Shown: positions 40,376 through 49,716 of the stretch, piece after piece
Position numbering within the stretch: the first letter of the stretch is position 1
Layout of the letters: every line of letters starts with the position of its first letter
IMG/VR virus record: IMGVR_UViG_3300025687_000040
Source: a virus
Reading direction: 5' to 3' (one strand)
DNA: 64,000 nt
Notes under the pieces: model-generated
What the model saw: only the letters and a program-made list of their open reading frames with translations
Database searches by the model: none
Told to the model about the DNA's origin: nothing
Position numbers and translations under genes: made by a program

Positions 40376-41985
40376 TGGCTAAGTTCAAACCTGTAGGAAA
40401 TAATTGCTGCTGTTGCGACTGCTTCGTAAAGCATAACGTAGTTGGTTGCACGAAATGCCTGCCAGAGACCTTGTGTGTTAAAGCTGAATTCCTCAGCGGC
40501 GTTGAGTGTTGTCAGTTTGCTTCCGGCCAAACTCACTATTTGTGCCGAGAAGATGGGTATCTTACAGTCCCTCTGTATTGCGGCGACATAGGGATAACTG
40601 CGTCATTTCAGCTTCACATTGTAGATGACGAATGTTGCTTTACGATGACGCTTACTCTAGGGGAAGACTCCGTGTCCTTCTCTAAGTGTGGCGACAACTT
40701 TGAAGTAGGATTTGACGAACAGGAATTTACACTGTTCACTCCGGACTATCCGCCAGTAGAAGTCACAGGACTTATTAGTGTTGCTCCTGCGGTAGGTGTA
40801 TCGAATAACGGGCAACGAGGCGACCTGTCTTTAGGCGAACCACCACCTTGCCCACTGATAAGAATGAACCCCAGAAGTGACCCTCCCGATTTATCGATAG
40901 AAGACTGCACTCGTCCTGAACTTTCTGTTGCCAGCGAGACGGCTGCCAGGACTTTTGGCGAAGACTTTGCTACTCAAATAGCTGCTGGCAATTTGAACTC
41001 AGATGAGTTTTGCTGGTTCCTATCCCCATGCCAGTGCGTCCCTAATGAAGTATGCTTAACATACACTGCCTATAACATCTGCGATGGTTATGTGAGACAT
41101 CGAGCTAAGCTCCAGCTCGCTGATTGCGTTTACGGCCCGGAGACATTTTCAGTTGACCGTGGCGGTATCTATCCTGATGTAATTACAGTCACAGGTGAGT
41201 TGAACACTGAGTGTGAAATAATTTGGAAGGTCGAGTCGGACGCTGGCGAGGTCGCCTTTACCTATGGACTTACACGAATAGAACTGAATGGGGCACATCC
41301 TAAGAACTACATCAAGAGATGCGACGTAACGCTTGATGAAACAGAGGTTCCTGGAACAGATGCAACCAACGGCAATATCGACATGATAATGATCGACGAG
41401 GACTGCTACTGCCTGGAAGACCCAGACGCTGAATGCCCAGGTGCCTGTTTCGATGTGAGAATGCCGCCCGGTGCGAATCCCGACTGTCATCTGGCTGTCC
41501 TCACTGGAACAATAATTCAGGGAAGTTGCGAGTTTTCCGGAAGTGCGGCATTCCATGCGGCAACTTACGAGCAGCCTCCGTCTATTACACAGGGATTCTT
41601 GCAGCCAGACGAAACTACCTGCCAGGTATATCACGCATACAACACGGACGTTTTAGGCTTTTTTCTTGACTTGATATCTTGCACGTCTACGGGGTATCCG
41701 GGAGACCCGTTTTTTGGAGATCAAACTGACGCAACCGTTAGATGGACATTGTACTATCCAAGCTCTTGCGTAGCTGCTGGGGGCGATCCTGTCCCACCTG
41801 CCCCTATGGGTTACAGGCTGATGTATGAGTTCGTGGCAAATTGTGGTTTCGCACAGGAAACTACTTCTGGAACTGTCAGTCCAACTTATGCCTCATGTGA
41901 TCCATTTGAACTGATCTTCGAAATGCCATTCAATGCACCTTGTGACTGTGGGTGTTCTTCGTTTCAATTAAGGATAACATTATGA
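40375..41985 (+). CDS. Cys-rich protein with elevated GC (candidate receptor-binding or exposed protein)
   Basis: The ATG at 40375 overlaps the upstream stop (TAATG). It carries many Cys clusters (NNCCCCDCF, GVECCQ, DDECCF, DCGCSS). Local GC is about 45-50% against about 35% elsewhere. Confidence 0.4.
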   Translation: MAKFKPVGNNCCCCDCFVKHNVVGCTKCLPETLCVKAEFLSGVECCQFASGQTHYLCREDGYLTVPLYCGDIGITASFQLHIVDDECCFTMTLTLGEDSVSFSKCGDNFEVGFDEQEFTLFTPDYPPVEVTGLISVAPAVGVSNNGQRGDLSLGEPPPCPLIRMNPRSDPPDLSIEDCTRPELSVASETAARTFGEDFATQIAAGNLNSDEFCWFLSPCQCVPNEVCLTYTAYNICDGYVRHRAKLQLADCVYGPETFSVDRGGIYPDVITVTGELNTECEIIWKVESDAGEVAFTYGLTRIELNGAHPKNYIKRCDVTLDETEVPGTDATNGNIDMIMIDEDCYCLEDPDAECPGACFDVRMPPGANPDCHLAVLTGTIIQGSCEFSGSAAFHAATYEQPPSITQGFLQPDETTCQVYHAYNTDVLGFFLDLISCTSTGYPGDPFFGDQTDATVRWTLYYPSSCVAAGGDPVPPAPMGYRLMYEFVANCGFAQETTSGTVSPTYASCDPFELIFEMPFNAPCDCGCSSFQLRITL

Positions 41986-43244
41986 ACTATTGTGAATGCG
42001 AGCTTGCTGGGTACTGCAAGAAACATGGAGTAGAAAAAACCCAGAGAGACATTGAAATTTGTAAAGGAATTAACATTTCAGAAGCGAAGTGCGATTCCTA
42101 TAGGCGAGCATGGGAAAACGGCACTACTTACGCTCAGAGGCTTGCAAGGAAGAATGACTCAAATGAAGTCGTTGTGACATCACATTCAGGAATGATAAGT
42201 GAGAGGCCGCAGATTGTCCGACAATCAAAGTCCTTGCTTCTCAGTATTACGGAAAATGATATCCCCTGTGAATTTCGTGGCGAGAAACTGAGAGATCATA
42301 AGTGTGCCCCATGCAGGGGTTCGGTCGCAATCCCTATTTTTGAATGCAAGCACCCAGAAGTAAAAAAGAAAGAATGCTCGCTGGCGATGCACGTTGCCGG
42401 AGTTGCTAAGTGTTCGGCGTGTGAGTTTGCCGGAGAAGACGCATTTGAAGACTTCATTAAATCAAGAAAATCTGTTTCATTCACAACGTCTGATTCTAAG
42501 TCTTTACTAGAATCAAAGAATGCTGACTTAGAACCTCAGCCATTCATAGGACCAGTAAAAAGAATCCTGTTATTTTATCTATGGGAAAATTGTGACATTC
42601 AACGACACAAAGAACTCTTGAAAAAGTATGCAACTGGGTATGACCGAAAGATCATGTGTTGTGCCTACAACACTGAAGGTAACCATCCGGATGTTAAGAG
42701 TATATTTGATGATGGCTGGGAGCATATCAGTGTCAAGAATGATCCTAAGTTAAGGGAAGTTGTTGGATACAGGAAAATGTTTCCAATGGTTGCCAATGAA
42801 GGCGAAAACACAATTATTACGTGTGCTCATGCGAAAGGTGCTCAACAACATACAAGAGAAAGTGAAGTTATTAACTGGTGGACGGAAGCAATGTATGCCA
42901 CCGTTGTTGGTAACCCTCAAGAAATTGAAGATGCTCTTTCTAAAGGCTATATAGTTGCAGGAAGCTTCAGAAGACTTGGTAAACACTTTGGATGTAAATA
43001 TCGCTACCACTACTCAGGCACGTTCTATTCATTAAGGGCTTCTGAGTTTTTTAAGCATGGTGTTCCAAAAATTAAAGACAGGTACTGGGGGACTGAATCT
43101 CTTCCAGGAGATGTGATTCCACTTAACAAATCATATTGTATTTTTGGTGACAATGTTGGTGAATTATACAAACTAGAAAATCAACCGCGACAAGAATTTC
43201 AACAATGGGAGAAAAGACATGACGCTATACTTACCAAAAACTGA
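41982..43244 (+). CDS. Cys-rich protein of unknown function
   Basis: The probable start is MNYCECELAGYCKKHG (ATG at 41982; the track start 41952 is upstream). The N-terminus has multiple CxxC or CxC pairs (CECELAGYC, CAPCRG, CSACEF). Confidence 0.35.
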   Translation: MNYCECELAGYCKKHGVEKTQRDIEICKGINISEAKCDSYRRAWENGTTYAQRLARKNDSNEVVVTSHSGMISERPQIVRQSKSLLLSITENDIPCEFRGEKLRDHKCAPCRGSVAIPIFECKHPEVKKKECSLAMHVAGVAKCSACEFAGEDAFEDFIKSRKSVSFTTSDSKSLLESKNADLEPQPFIGPVKRILLFYLWENCDIQRHKELLKKYATGYDRKIMCCAYNTEGNHPDVKSIFDDGWEHISVKNDPKLREVVGYRKMFPMVANEGENTIITCAHAKGAQQHTRESEVINWWTEAMYATVVGNPQEIEDALSKGYIVAGSFRRLGKHFGCKYRYHYSGTFYSLRASEFFKHGVPKIKDRYWGTESLPGDVIPLNKSYCIFGDNVGELYKLENQPRQEFQQWEKRHDAILTKN

Positions 43245-44232
43245 TACCTTGTTTATCCATATTCCAAAAACAGGTGGACACTTTGTCGAAAAAGTTCTTC
43301 AGACTTTTAATATTCAATATGAAAATCCTGAACCAAACAAAAAAGTTTGCCAAAAACATTCTCCAATTAAATACTTCAAACCTGTAAGTAATTCGTTCTG
43401 TTTTCGCAGAGAAGTGCTTTCTTGGATGAAATCTTATTGGAGATTTCACCTGATCACAAACAATGATCAGTCTATTTGGGATGAAGAGACTAAATACCTG
43501 AATCGTGAATTTATTAGTCACCCTCTACCTGGTTGGGATAAATTTTCTTCTGATGAGTCTGTTGAAAATGTGAAAAAGTATTTGAGACTTATGGAGAAAG
43601 ATTGCAGCACTATTCTACCTTTCGGTTCTCTCAGAGAGTCATTAACTGATCATCTGGAGAGTCTTGGATATGATGTTGACAGAGATATTATCAACAATCT
43701 TCCAAGAGAAAATCCAACACTTCTAAGAATCGAACTTGGTGGTGGGACCAAACCAGAACAGTCAAAAAGATTTGTTAATCTTGACCAAGTTCCTGAAGCA
43801 CATCTTCAAGTAAACCTTGACGAATTCCCTTACCCATTGCCAGACAACTCAGTTAACGAGGTTTACTCAAGTCACTGCCTTGAACATCTTAAACACCCTT
43901 ACAGTGTTTTCAGAGAGATATGCAGAATCTGTGCAGTCGGAACTTTTGTTGTAATTAAAGTCCCTCACCCATTTAATCCAATGGCAATGCATCCAGGACA
44001 CGAGCATGTAATTTCTCAAGATATGATTGACCATTTTTCTTACTTTCCTGAAATCAATCTCTGGGAAGAAAAGAAACTCGTATATAAAAACACCATTCTT
44101 AGACCAACAATTCATTTTGCAGAGGCCCGTAGACTATCTACGTTTTCTAAATTAACAGATGATCAAATCATGAAGTTTGTCCCAGGAACTTGCCATGAGT
44201 CTGAATTTCAGTTTACTGTAGAGATCGCGTAA
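43219..44232 (+). CDS. Fusion of a sulfotransferase-like N-domain and a class I SAM-dependent methyltransferase
   Basis: The N-terminal FIHIPKTGG resembles the sulfotransferase 5'-PSB motif. The C-terminal RIELGGGTKPE...VNLDQ...DNSVNEVYSSHCLEHL matches a Methyltransf_11-like fold. Confidence 0.45.
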   Translation: MTLYLPKTDTLFIHIPKTGGHFVEKVLQTFNIQYENPEPNKKVCQKHSPIKYFKPVSNSFCFRREVLSWMKSYWRFHLITNNDQSIWDEETKYLNREFISHPLPGWDKFSSDESVENVKKYLRLMEKDCSTILPFGSLRESLTDHLESLGYDVDRDIINNLPRENPTLLRIELGGGTKPEQSKRFVNLDQVPEAHLQVNLDEFPYPLPDNSVNEVYSSHCLEHLKHPYSVFREICRICAVGTFVVIKVPHPFNPMAMHPGHEHVISQDMIDHFSYFPEINLWEEKKLVYKNTILRPTIHFAEARRLSTFSKLTDDQIMKFVPGTCHESEFQFTVEIA

Positions 44233-44293
44233 TACCTATTCAATTAAAATTACAAGAATACCGCAGGCTTCTTTAATTTTAGGAAGTGATAAT

Positions 44294-44836
44294 ATGAATA
44301 AGCAATTGATTGTTAAAGAATTCCCTGAATGGCTGCCGTTAATCAGATCAGCGACGGCGGTTATGCCGTCTTCTAACTGGCCTCACTGGCATAAATATTC
44401 AGATGAAAACTCTACAAAGTATGCTACAAAAGATGCTTCTAGACTTTCAGAACCTTGCAAGATTCTTTTGCAGTTAATGTGTTTAAACGTTGAGATAACA
44501 GATACTCTGTTTCCTGATCTTGACTTGTATGGAGCAGGACTACACTGGATTCCTGAGAGGGGAAACTTAGGACATCACAAAGACGGAGAGGTCCATCCAA
44601 TGACGGGATGGTATAGAAAAGCAAGCTCCATTCTATTTTTGTCAGACTGTTTAGGAGGAGAATTGGTTATTGATGGGCATGAGCCAATCCAGCCAAAACC
44701 TGGAAGACTAGTAACCTTTGAAGCAAACTTAGGTCATAAAGTTAATCAGGTAATCCAAGGGAACCGATATACGTTATCTTTGTTCTGGTGGTCATGGAGT
44801 GGTTCTGGAGTAACTGAAAAAGCAACATTTACCTAA
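44294..44836 (+). CDS. 2OG-Fe(II) oxygenase superfamily protein
   Basis: An HxD...H triad is present (GHHKDGE ... NLGHKV), together with a jelly-roll-like GGELVIDG segment. Confidence 0.5.
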   Translation: MNKQLIVKEFPEWLPLIRSATAVMPSSNWPHWHKYSDENSTKYATKDASRLSEPCKILLQLMCLNVEITDTLFPDLDLYGAGLHWIPERGNLGHHKDGEVHPMTGWYRKASSILFLSDCLGGELVIDGHEPIQPKPGRLVTFEANLGHKVNQVIQGNRYTLSLFWWSWSGSGVTEKATFT

Positions 44837-44887
44837 TCAGACTTAAAGTGTTATTGATAATTAAAAATATTACAGAAAGCATTTAAA

Positions 44888-45328
44888 ATGGAAGAAAAAG
44901 AGACCGGATATAAGTGCCTTTTAGAGGGTCTCGACCCTAGACAAAACTTTATTGATTGTTATCAAAAACAAGTAAAGACAGAAAAAGAAGTAGAACAGTC
45001 TCAAATTATAGAAGTAAAGAAATGTATGTTTTGTAATCAGAATGGATGCTCTGGCGAATGCCGAAATAAACAATCTCTGCCTTCTAAAATAGAAATGGCA
45101 AAAAACTTGGCTAGTGCCGCCAAAGATCATGTGAAGACGGGAATGGCTCAAGCTAAAGATGAGCTTCAACAACAGAGGTTAGATATCTGTAAAGGATGTG
45201 AATTCTATATCCCAGAACAGGATAGGTGCGGAAAATGTGGCTGCTATCTAAAAAGTAAATCCGCTTGGAAATCTGCGAAATGTCCAGTAGGAAAGTGGCT
45301 TATTCTATTTTGTCTGTTGCTTATCTAA
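44888..45328 (+). CDS. Small Cys-rich protein with a C-terminal TM anchor
   Basis: CMFCNQNGCSGEC ... CKGCEF...CGKCGC...CPVGKW, then WLILFCLLLI. Confidence 0.3.
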   Translation: MEEKETGYKCLLEGLDPRQNFIDCYQKQVKTEKEVEQSQIIEVKKCMFCNQNGCSGECRNKQSLPSKIEMAKNLASAAKDHVKTGMAQAKDELQQQRLDICKGCEFYIPEQDRCGKCGCYLKSKSAWKSAKCPVGKWLILFCLLLI

Positions 45329-45338
45329 CTATAACTCA

Positions 45339-45698
45339 TTATTTTTGTTCATGCAAAATCATCTCTGTTAGCTCTAAATTACTGGTAATAAATCCAACAC
45401 GTCCATCACTATTAAGAATAGTGTAAGTCCAGAATTCTTTAGTCTCCGGGTATTGCTTTTTAGCGACCTCATGCATACTAATAATAAGTTCTTCAAAATC
45501 TTCTTCAGAACGGTACATTAAAGGAACAATGAAAGTCTCATTGTCTTTTGTGTGTTTTGGTGTAAATTTTAGAAAATCATACCAATTTACAATCTTAGTT
45601 TCCAGTGTTGATCTGTGGAACTTTACTCCACTACCAAACATTACTGTTGCTGCGGCAAAAGCGGAAGCGGCTGTGTGTAGAAAAGTTCGTCTAAGCAT
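45339..45698 (-). CDS. Small Tat-signal (RRTFL) secreted protein
   Basis: The N-terminus MLRRTFLHTAASAFAAATVMFGSG fits a twin-arginine signal consensus. Confidence 0.45.
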   Translation of the reverse strand: MLRRTFLHTAASAFAAATVMFGSGVKFHRSTLETKIVNWYDFLKFTPKHTKDNETFIVPLMYRSEEDFEELIISMHEVAKKQYPETKEFWTYTILNSDGRVGFITSNLELTEMILHEQK

Positions 45699-45888
45699 TG
45701 GAGATCCTTAAAACTATAGTTATGATTATTGCCGTCGAGACAATGTGGTAAAGACTATACCACAAGTATAGTGTATTATTCTTTATAATGTTCGGATATT
45801 TACGGCATTCAAAAAAAATTCCAAAAAATGGTATGAAACTCATATGTCCTTTCTTTTTTATAAGCCATAAATTATCCAATGTCTTATG

Positions 45889-46137
45889 TTAATAGTTTGA
45901 TGTAAAATCTTCAGCTTTATAAAATTCTTCACAAGCACTTTTATGCGGTGGGGGTGTCGCGATCAGCCATCCAATAGGACTAAAAATACAATATTCTACA
46001 TCATAAATTTCATCTTTTATACATTCACTATTGAACATATCTTTTCCATCCACCCATACATCTGTAGATTCTTTTATACATTTTACTTGAGTTCCGGGTT
46101 TAAATGGCGGTTCTATTTCTTTATGGCCGTTTGTCAT
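45889..46137 (-). CDS. Hypothetical small protein
   Basis: Called from the ORF only. Confidence 0.2.
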   Translation of the reverse strand: MTNGHKEIEPPFKPGTQVKCIKESTDVWVDGKDMFNSECIKDEIYDVEYCIFSPIGWLIATPPPHKSACEEFYKAEDFTSNY

Positions 46138-46232
46138 ATACCCTCACATCCAACATTTTTTAGTACTTCAGCCACACATTGCCTGTATGTTTTTATAGCA
46201 CTAGGTGTCCATACGGAATAGCTCAGATCACT

Positions 46233-47435
46233 TTAAGAAAGTATGTTTCTAGCGTCATCTTTAAAAACGTGACGTGGTCTATCGCTATTATCCTTGATTG
46301 TCAAGCGTTTGTCAAGCCCCATATGGTCACCAATAGTCCATGCTAGGTCCGATGGTGAATAGGTGTCCCCCATACTGACCAACCCATGATCATCAGTCTG
46401 TCCAATCACACCTTTACCATGCTTCCCAAATAACACAAGAGTGTTAGTGTTTGGATTATGGTCTCTTCCGCCATTCATATTGATTTTTGTCCGAGAAAAT
46501 TCGCTCCAGAGAATTACCAATGTATTGTCTAACAATCCTCTTTGTTTAAGATCCGTGATAAGTGTGGAGATACCATTATCTAATCCGGGAGCGTTTTGAG
46601 CAAATGCGGCATCTATATTGCTGTGATTATCCCAGCCCGCATTACTATTCAAGCTAACATACTTAGTGCCACGCTCAACCAATCGTCTAGCAAGAAGAAG
46701 ATCTTTACCAAATCGAGAATTGCCGTAAATTGAGTTAGGCTCTTGACTTAGGTCGAAAGCTTCGGCTGCATCTCCCCTAATAATGTTGACAGCCATATTT
46801 TTTAAATCTGTCCAGTCAGTGCCCAGTCCGGGGAGATTAGCTGTGTCATCTATGATTGACATCATTTTTAGGCGAGTATCAAATCGTTTCGAGTCTACTC
46901 CGTTATGAAGACTCATATTTTTAACGCCCTCGTCATCGGCGTCATATCCATTATAGCGGATACCTAGCCAGGCAGCATCATCACCATCAATGTTTCTTAG
47001 CTTTACATAGTGTGGAATACCTGACTTTGGGCTATTTGGCAGATATTCTCTAGCTATAAGAGACCCGAAGCTGGGTTCACGTTGTCCAGCGTTAGGAACG
47101 TGAAAATGAGAGGTCATGTGAGCCATTGTTGCGGTTTGATGGTTAGCGTCTTTAAATTTCATTGAACGAACAATAGTCATGTTGTCGCCCAGCGTTGCCA
47201 TTTGTTTAAAGTCACCACCCAATAAAAAACCACCGGCGTCAACAGACCCTCTAGAAGATCTGAATTCGGGTGGTGCATCTGGAATAGGATTAATGAAATC
47301 AATGGCAGAAATTCCGCCCTGAAGATGGATAGAGATAACGGACTTTTCATTATCTGGTTTTGCCGCCATTGATGGGGTGCAATATGTCGCTCCTGCACCA
47401 AGAGCTACTGATTTAAGAAATGTTCTACGTAACAT
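46233..47435 (-). CDS. DUF1501-family (sulfatase/alkaline-phosphatase superfamily) protein with a Tat signal
   Basis: MLRRTFLKSVALGAGA is Tat-like. The C-terminal LVILWSEFSRT...NGGRDHNP fits DUF1501 conserved blocks. Confidence 0.6.
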   Translation of the reverse strand: MLRRTFLKSVALGAGATYCTPSMAAKPDNEKSVISIHLQGGISAIDFINPIPDAPPEFRSSRGSVDAGGFLLGGDFKQMATLGDNMTIVRSMKFKDANHQTATMAHMTSHFHVPNAGQREPSFGSLIAREYLPNSPKSGIPHYVKLRNIDGDDAAWLGIRYNGYDADDEGVKNMSLHNGVDSKRFDTRLKMMSIIDDTANLPGLGTDWTDLKNMAVNIIRGDAAEAFDLSQEPNSIYGNSRFGKDLLLARRLVERGTKYVSLNSNAGWDNHSNIDAAFAQNAPGLDNGISTLITDLKQRGLLDNTLVILWSEFSRTKINMNGGRDHNPNTNTLVLFGKHGKGVIGQTDDHGLVSMGDTYSPSDLAWTIGDHMGLDKRLTIKDNSDRPRHVFKDDARNILS

Positions 47436-47466
47436 ATTTATGCTTTCTGTTTAAAAGTTTCTAAAA

Positions 47467-47700
47467 TTAGACGTTTCGTCTCCCCATATCCACTTTTATT
47501 ACCGCTCTTAGTCTGTCTTCTAACATACCTTGTAACCCACCAATTCCAGCGGTAGTATATGAACAGTTTTTACATGCAGCAAAAAAGCCCGACATATCAG
47601 TGCGGATAATTACTGAAAAATATTCATGCTGACACTGAGGACATTTTACCTTGTCTGTTAGATGTCCCTGTCCTTCCATAAGTCTATCAAATTCAAACAT
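47467..47700 (-). CDS. Small zinc-ribbon protein
   Basis: CPQCQH...CKNCSY. Confidence 0.3.
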   Translation of the reverse strand: MFEFDRLMEGQGHLTDKVKCPQCQHEYFSVIIRTDMSGFFAACKNCSYTTAGIGGLQGMLEDRLRAVIKVDMGRRNV

Positions 47701-48142
47701 TACGCCTCTCTATATCATCTTCAGAGCTATTTCCAAGCCACGTTTCAACAACAACTACTGGCTCAGTTCCTTCGTTGTGGGGTCGGTGCCAAGTTTCTTT
47801 TGGGATGATGTAATAAGATAAATCTCTAGTCTGATCTAAACTTTCGTCAGTTAATAAAACTGTATAACGCTTTCCGCCAAAATGTTTTTCGTGTTGTAAT
47901 TCAACCATTAAGGTGCCTTTAATCACTAGCCAGTGCTCGTCCCGCTTAAAATGTCTCTGGTCCGACAGTGATTTTCCGGGCAAAATAGTTAGTTCTTTAA
48001 CAGTATACCCATCACCTTTATGTAGTACTTTATAGTGACCCCAAGTTCTTTCTACCACATCTCTCTTTTGGTTGAGTTTGTAGTCAAGTGCTGCAATTCT
48101 GTCTTCATAATCCATTATTGTTTGATATTCGTCTGGGTGCAT
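47693..48142 (-). CDS. Cupin-domain protein, ManC/phosphomannose-isomerase type II C-terminal-like
   Basis: RTWGHYKVL...LTILPGKSLSDQRHFKRDEHWLVIKGT matches the RPWGxY...PG..lSlQ.H..R.EhW.vv.G cupin signature. Confidence 0.55.
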   Translation of the reverse strand: MHPDEYQTIMDYEDRIAALDYKLNQKRDVVERTWGHYKVLHKGDGYTVKELTILPGKSLSDQRHFKRDEHWLVIKGTLMVELQHEKHFGGKRYTVLLTDESLDQTRDLSYYIIPKETWHRPHNEGTEPVVVVETWLGNSSEDDIERRNV

Positions 48143-48370
48143 TTATTTATCCTAAGTCCATTAGTGGGTAGTCTGGGAATAGTAGTAAAAGCACAGTAAT
48201 AAATTACGCATGATATCCCCTTTTAAGAAAGTCTTCAAACAATAACAATGTGATAGTATAAGGACATGAATTAGGTAATTCCCCAAAAAATGTTTTGTAT
48301 CGCCTCATATAGTCTTCTTCATCTATTCTACGACATAGTAAGCTATGAAGAGTATCAGAAATAGCAATAT

Positions 48371-48559
48371 TCATTTATACTGAGTCTTTCTTGTATTTTT
48401 CCAACACTTGTCTCGATGACGGAATAGATCATCATAAGCATCTGGTAATTGGCGGGAACTTCTTTTGGCTCTCACCCTATATTTCTTATTGTTGGAACAC
48501 CTTTTACCGTTTGCTCTTTTTTCCTGGGTCGTCTTTGGAAATCTTAAAAAATGGTACAT
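48371..48559 (-). CDS. Small highly basic protein (possible nucleic-acid binding)
   Basis: A 62-aa ORF rich in R and K. Coding status is uncertain. Confidence 0.2.
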   Translation of the reverse strand: MYHFLRFPKTTQEKRANGKRCSNNKKYRVRAKRSSRQLPDAYDDLFRHRDKCWKNTRKTQYK

Positions 48560-48961
48560 CTTTATCTCCTAAGTGCGGAATTGCACTAGAAGACGTTAGC
48601 GAATGTTTTCATTATTCTTCCTTTTTTTAGAGAAAAATGCCAGCTTGGGTAAGAAGGTGCTGGCGAACCCCCGCCTGCTTACGCAGACAACGCATAATTA
48701 CGAGTTGCAATTATTATTTAGTCGATTTTTTAACTGGCCGTTCGACAAACCAGTACATGCAGCTATTAACTTATACAACCAGTCGATTCTATTTTACCCC
48801 CGCCAGAAACACACTCTGTCGCCGTTTTTGCCAGGCTGGTAACGACCAAGACCTTAAAGAGTGTGCTTTTGGTGGAGGTAGCGGGGTTCTGCCCCCCGCG
48901 TCCTGTTTTGCTAATTTAATAACTTCTACATGCTTATCCAGTTTTAAGGTCTGGCAACCAG

Positions 48962-49032
48962 TAGGCAATGAAGGAATCGAACCTTCTCTTGTGGTATGTA
49001 AAACCACCGTTCTACCATTAAACTAATCGCCT
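48962..49032 (-). tRNA. tRNA-Val (anticodon TAC)
   Basis: The reverse complement folds as AGGCGAT-TA-GTTT/AATGGTA/GAAC-G-GTGGT/TTTACAT/ACCAC-AAGA-GAAGG/TTCGATT/CCTTC-ATTGCCT-A. All four arms form cloverleaf stems. Confidence 0.7.
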
Positions 49033-49144
49033 TTAAAGTGCTGGTTACGAATCCAGCGTAACGCTTTCGGGGTTACCGCTCAGGTTATCACCACCATAAG
49101 GTGTCCGATCCCGACAACTATTTAACAGCCAGTTGCCAACTTAG

Positions 49145-49218
49145 TAGTCCTGGAGAGATTCGAACTCCCAATCGGTGGTGTAGAAAACCACTGCATTATC
49201 CAGTTATGCTACAAGACC
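49145..49218 (-). tRNA. tRNA-Arg (anticodon TCT)
   Basis: The reverse complement folds as GGTCTTG-TA-GCAT/AACTGGATA/ATGC-A-GTGGT/TTTCTAC/ACCAC-CGATT-GGGAG/TTCGAAT/CTCTC-CAGGACT-A. Anticodon and D stems are perfect; the acceptor stem has two G-U pairs. Confidence 0.65.
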
Positions 49219-49379
49219 ATCCACCTAATTGCCAAAATCTTAAACTTATTACACCTTTTTCTTTTAAAAACCCCTTTTATACAGAATCATATGACTCATA
49301 TGACTAGCAATACGGCAACGGATTATATTAGTCTTAAGACTAACTTGCTATACATTAACCTGCGGGGTTTAAACTTTAC

Positions 49380-49715
49380 TTATTCTTCCTGGCCTGTATC
49401 TTTATTCCAAACACGCCATCCGTTATTGCCCCAATACTCATCCGTAAGTTTTCCCTCTGCATCCTTCTTCTTTTTCTGGAAATACATTGTATTCCCCTGT
49501 TTATGAAGGCTGAAAGGCTTTTTAGCCCGACATTTTGGATTTAGACATTGCTTTTCATAATACTTATCTCCGTTTACTTCACGAACTACATACGTAGTAT
49601 GCTCATGTCCACATTTTCCGCAGACTTCATTTGTAAAAATTTCATCTGCCGCCGCTAAAGCCTGAAAAGTTTCAATGTGACTATCTTTTGGGTTTACTGT
49701 AAAAACTACGTGCAT
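49380..49715 (-). CDS. Zinc-ribbon protein
   Basis: CGKCGH ... CLNPKC. Confidence 0.3.
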   Translation of the reverse strand: MHVVFTVNPKDSHIETFQALAAADEIFTNEVCGKCGHEHTTYVVREVNGDKYYEKQCLNPKCRAKKPFSLHKQGNTMYFQKKKKDAEGKLTDEYWGNNGWRVWNKDTGQEE

Positions 49716-49716
49716 A

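Noticed and set aside
49040-49135. A possible third tRNA between tRNA-Val and tRNA-Arg (GCTGG-TTACGAAT-CCAGC hairpin).
   Set aside because: The T-loop would be 8 nt, and I could not find a matching acceptor stem, D arm or anticodon arm in either orientation. It may be a degenerate tRNA remnant or just a hairpin.
48603-49307. The + strand ORFs 48603..48842, 48637..49026 and 49101..49307, and the minus-strand ORF 48789..49007.
   Set aside because: They overlap the tRNA genes and structured GC-rich non-coding DNA, and they use GTG-type starts. They are almost certainly spurious.
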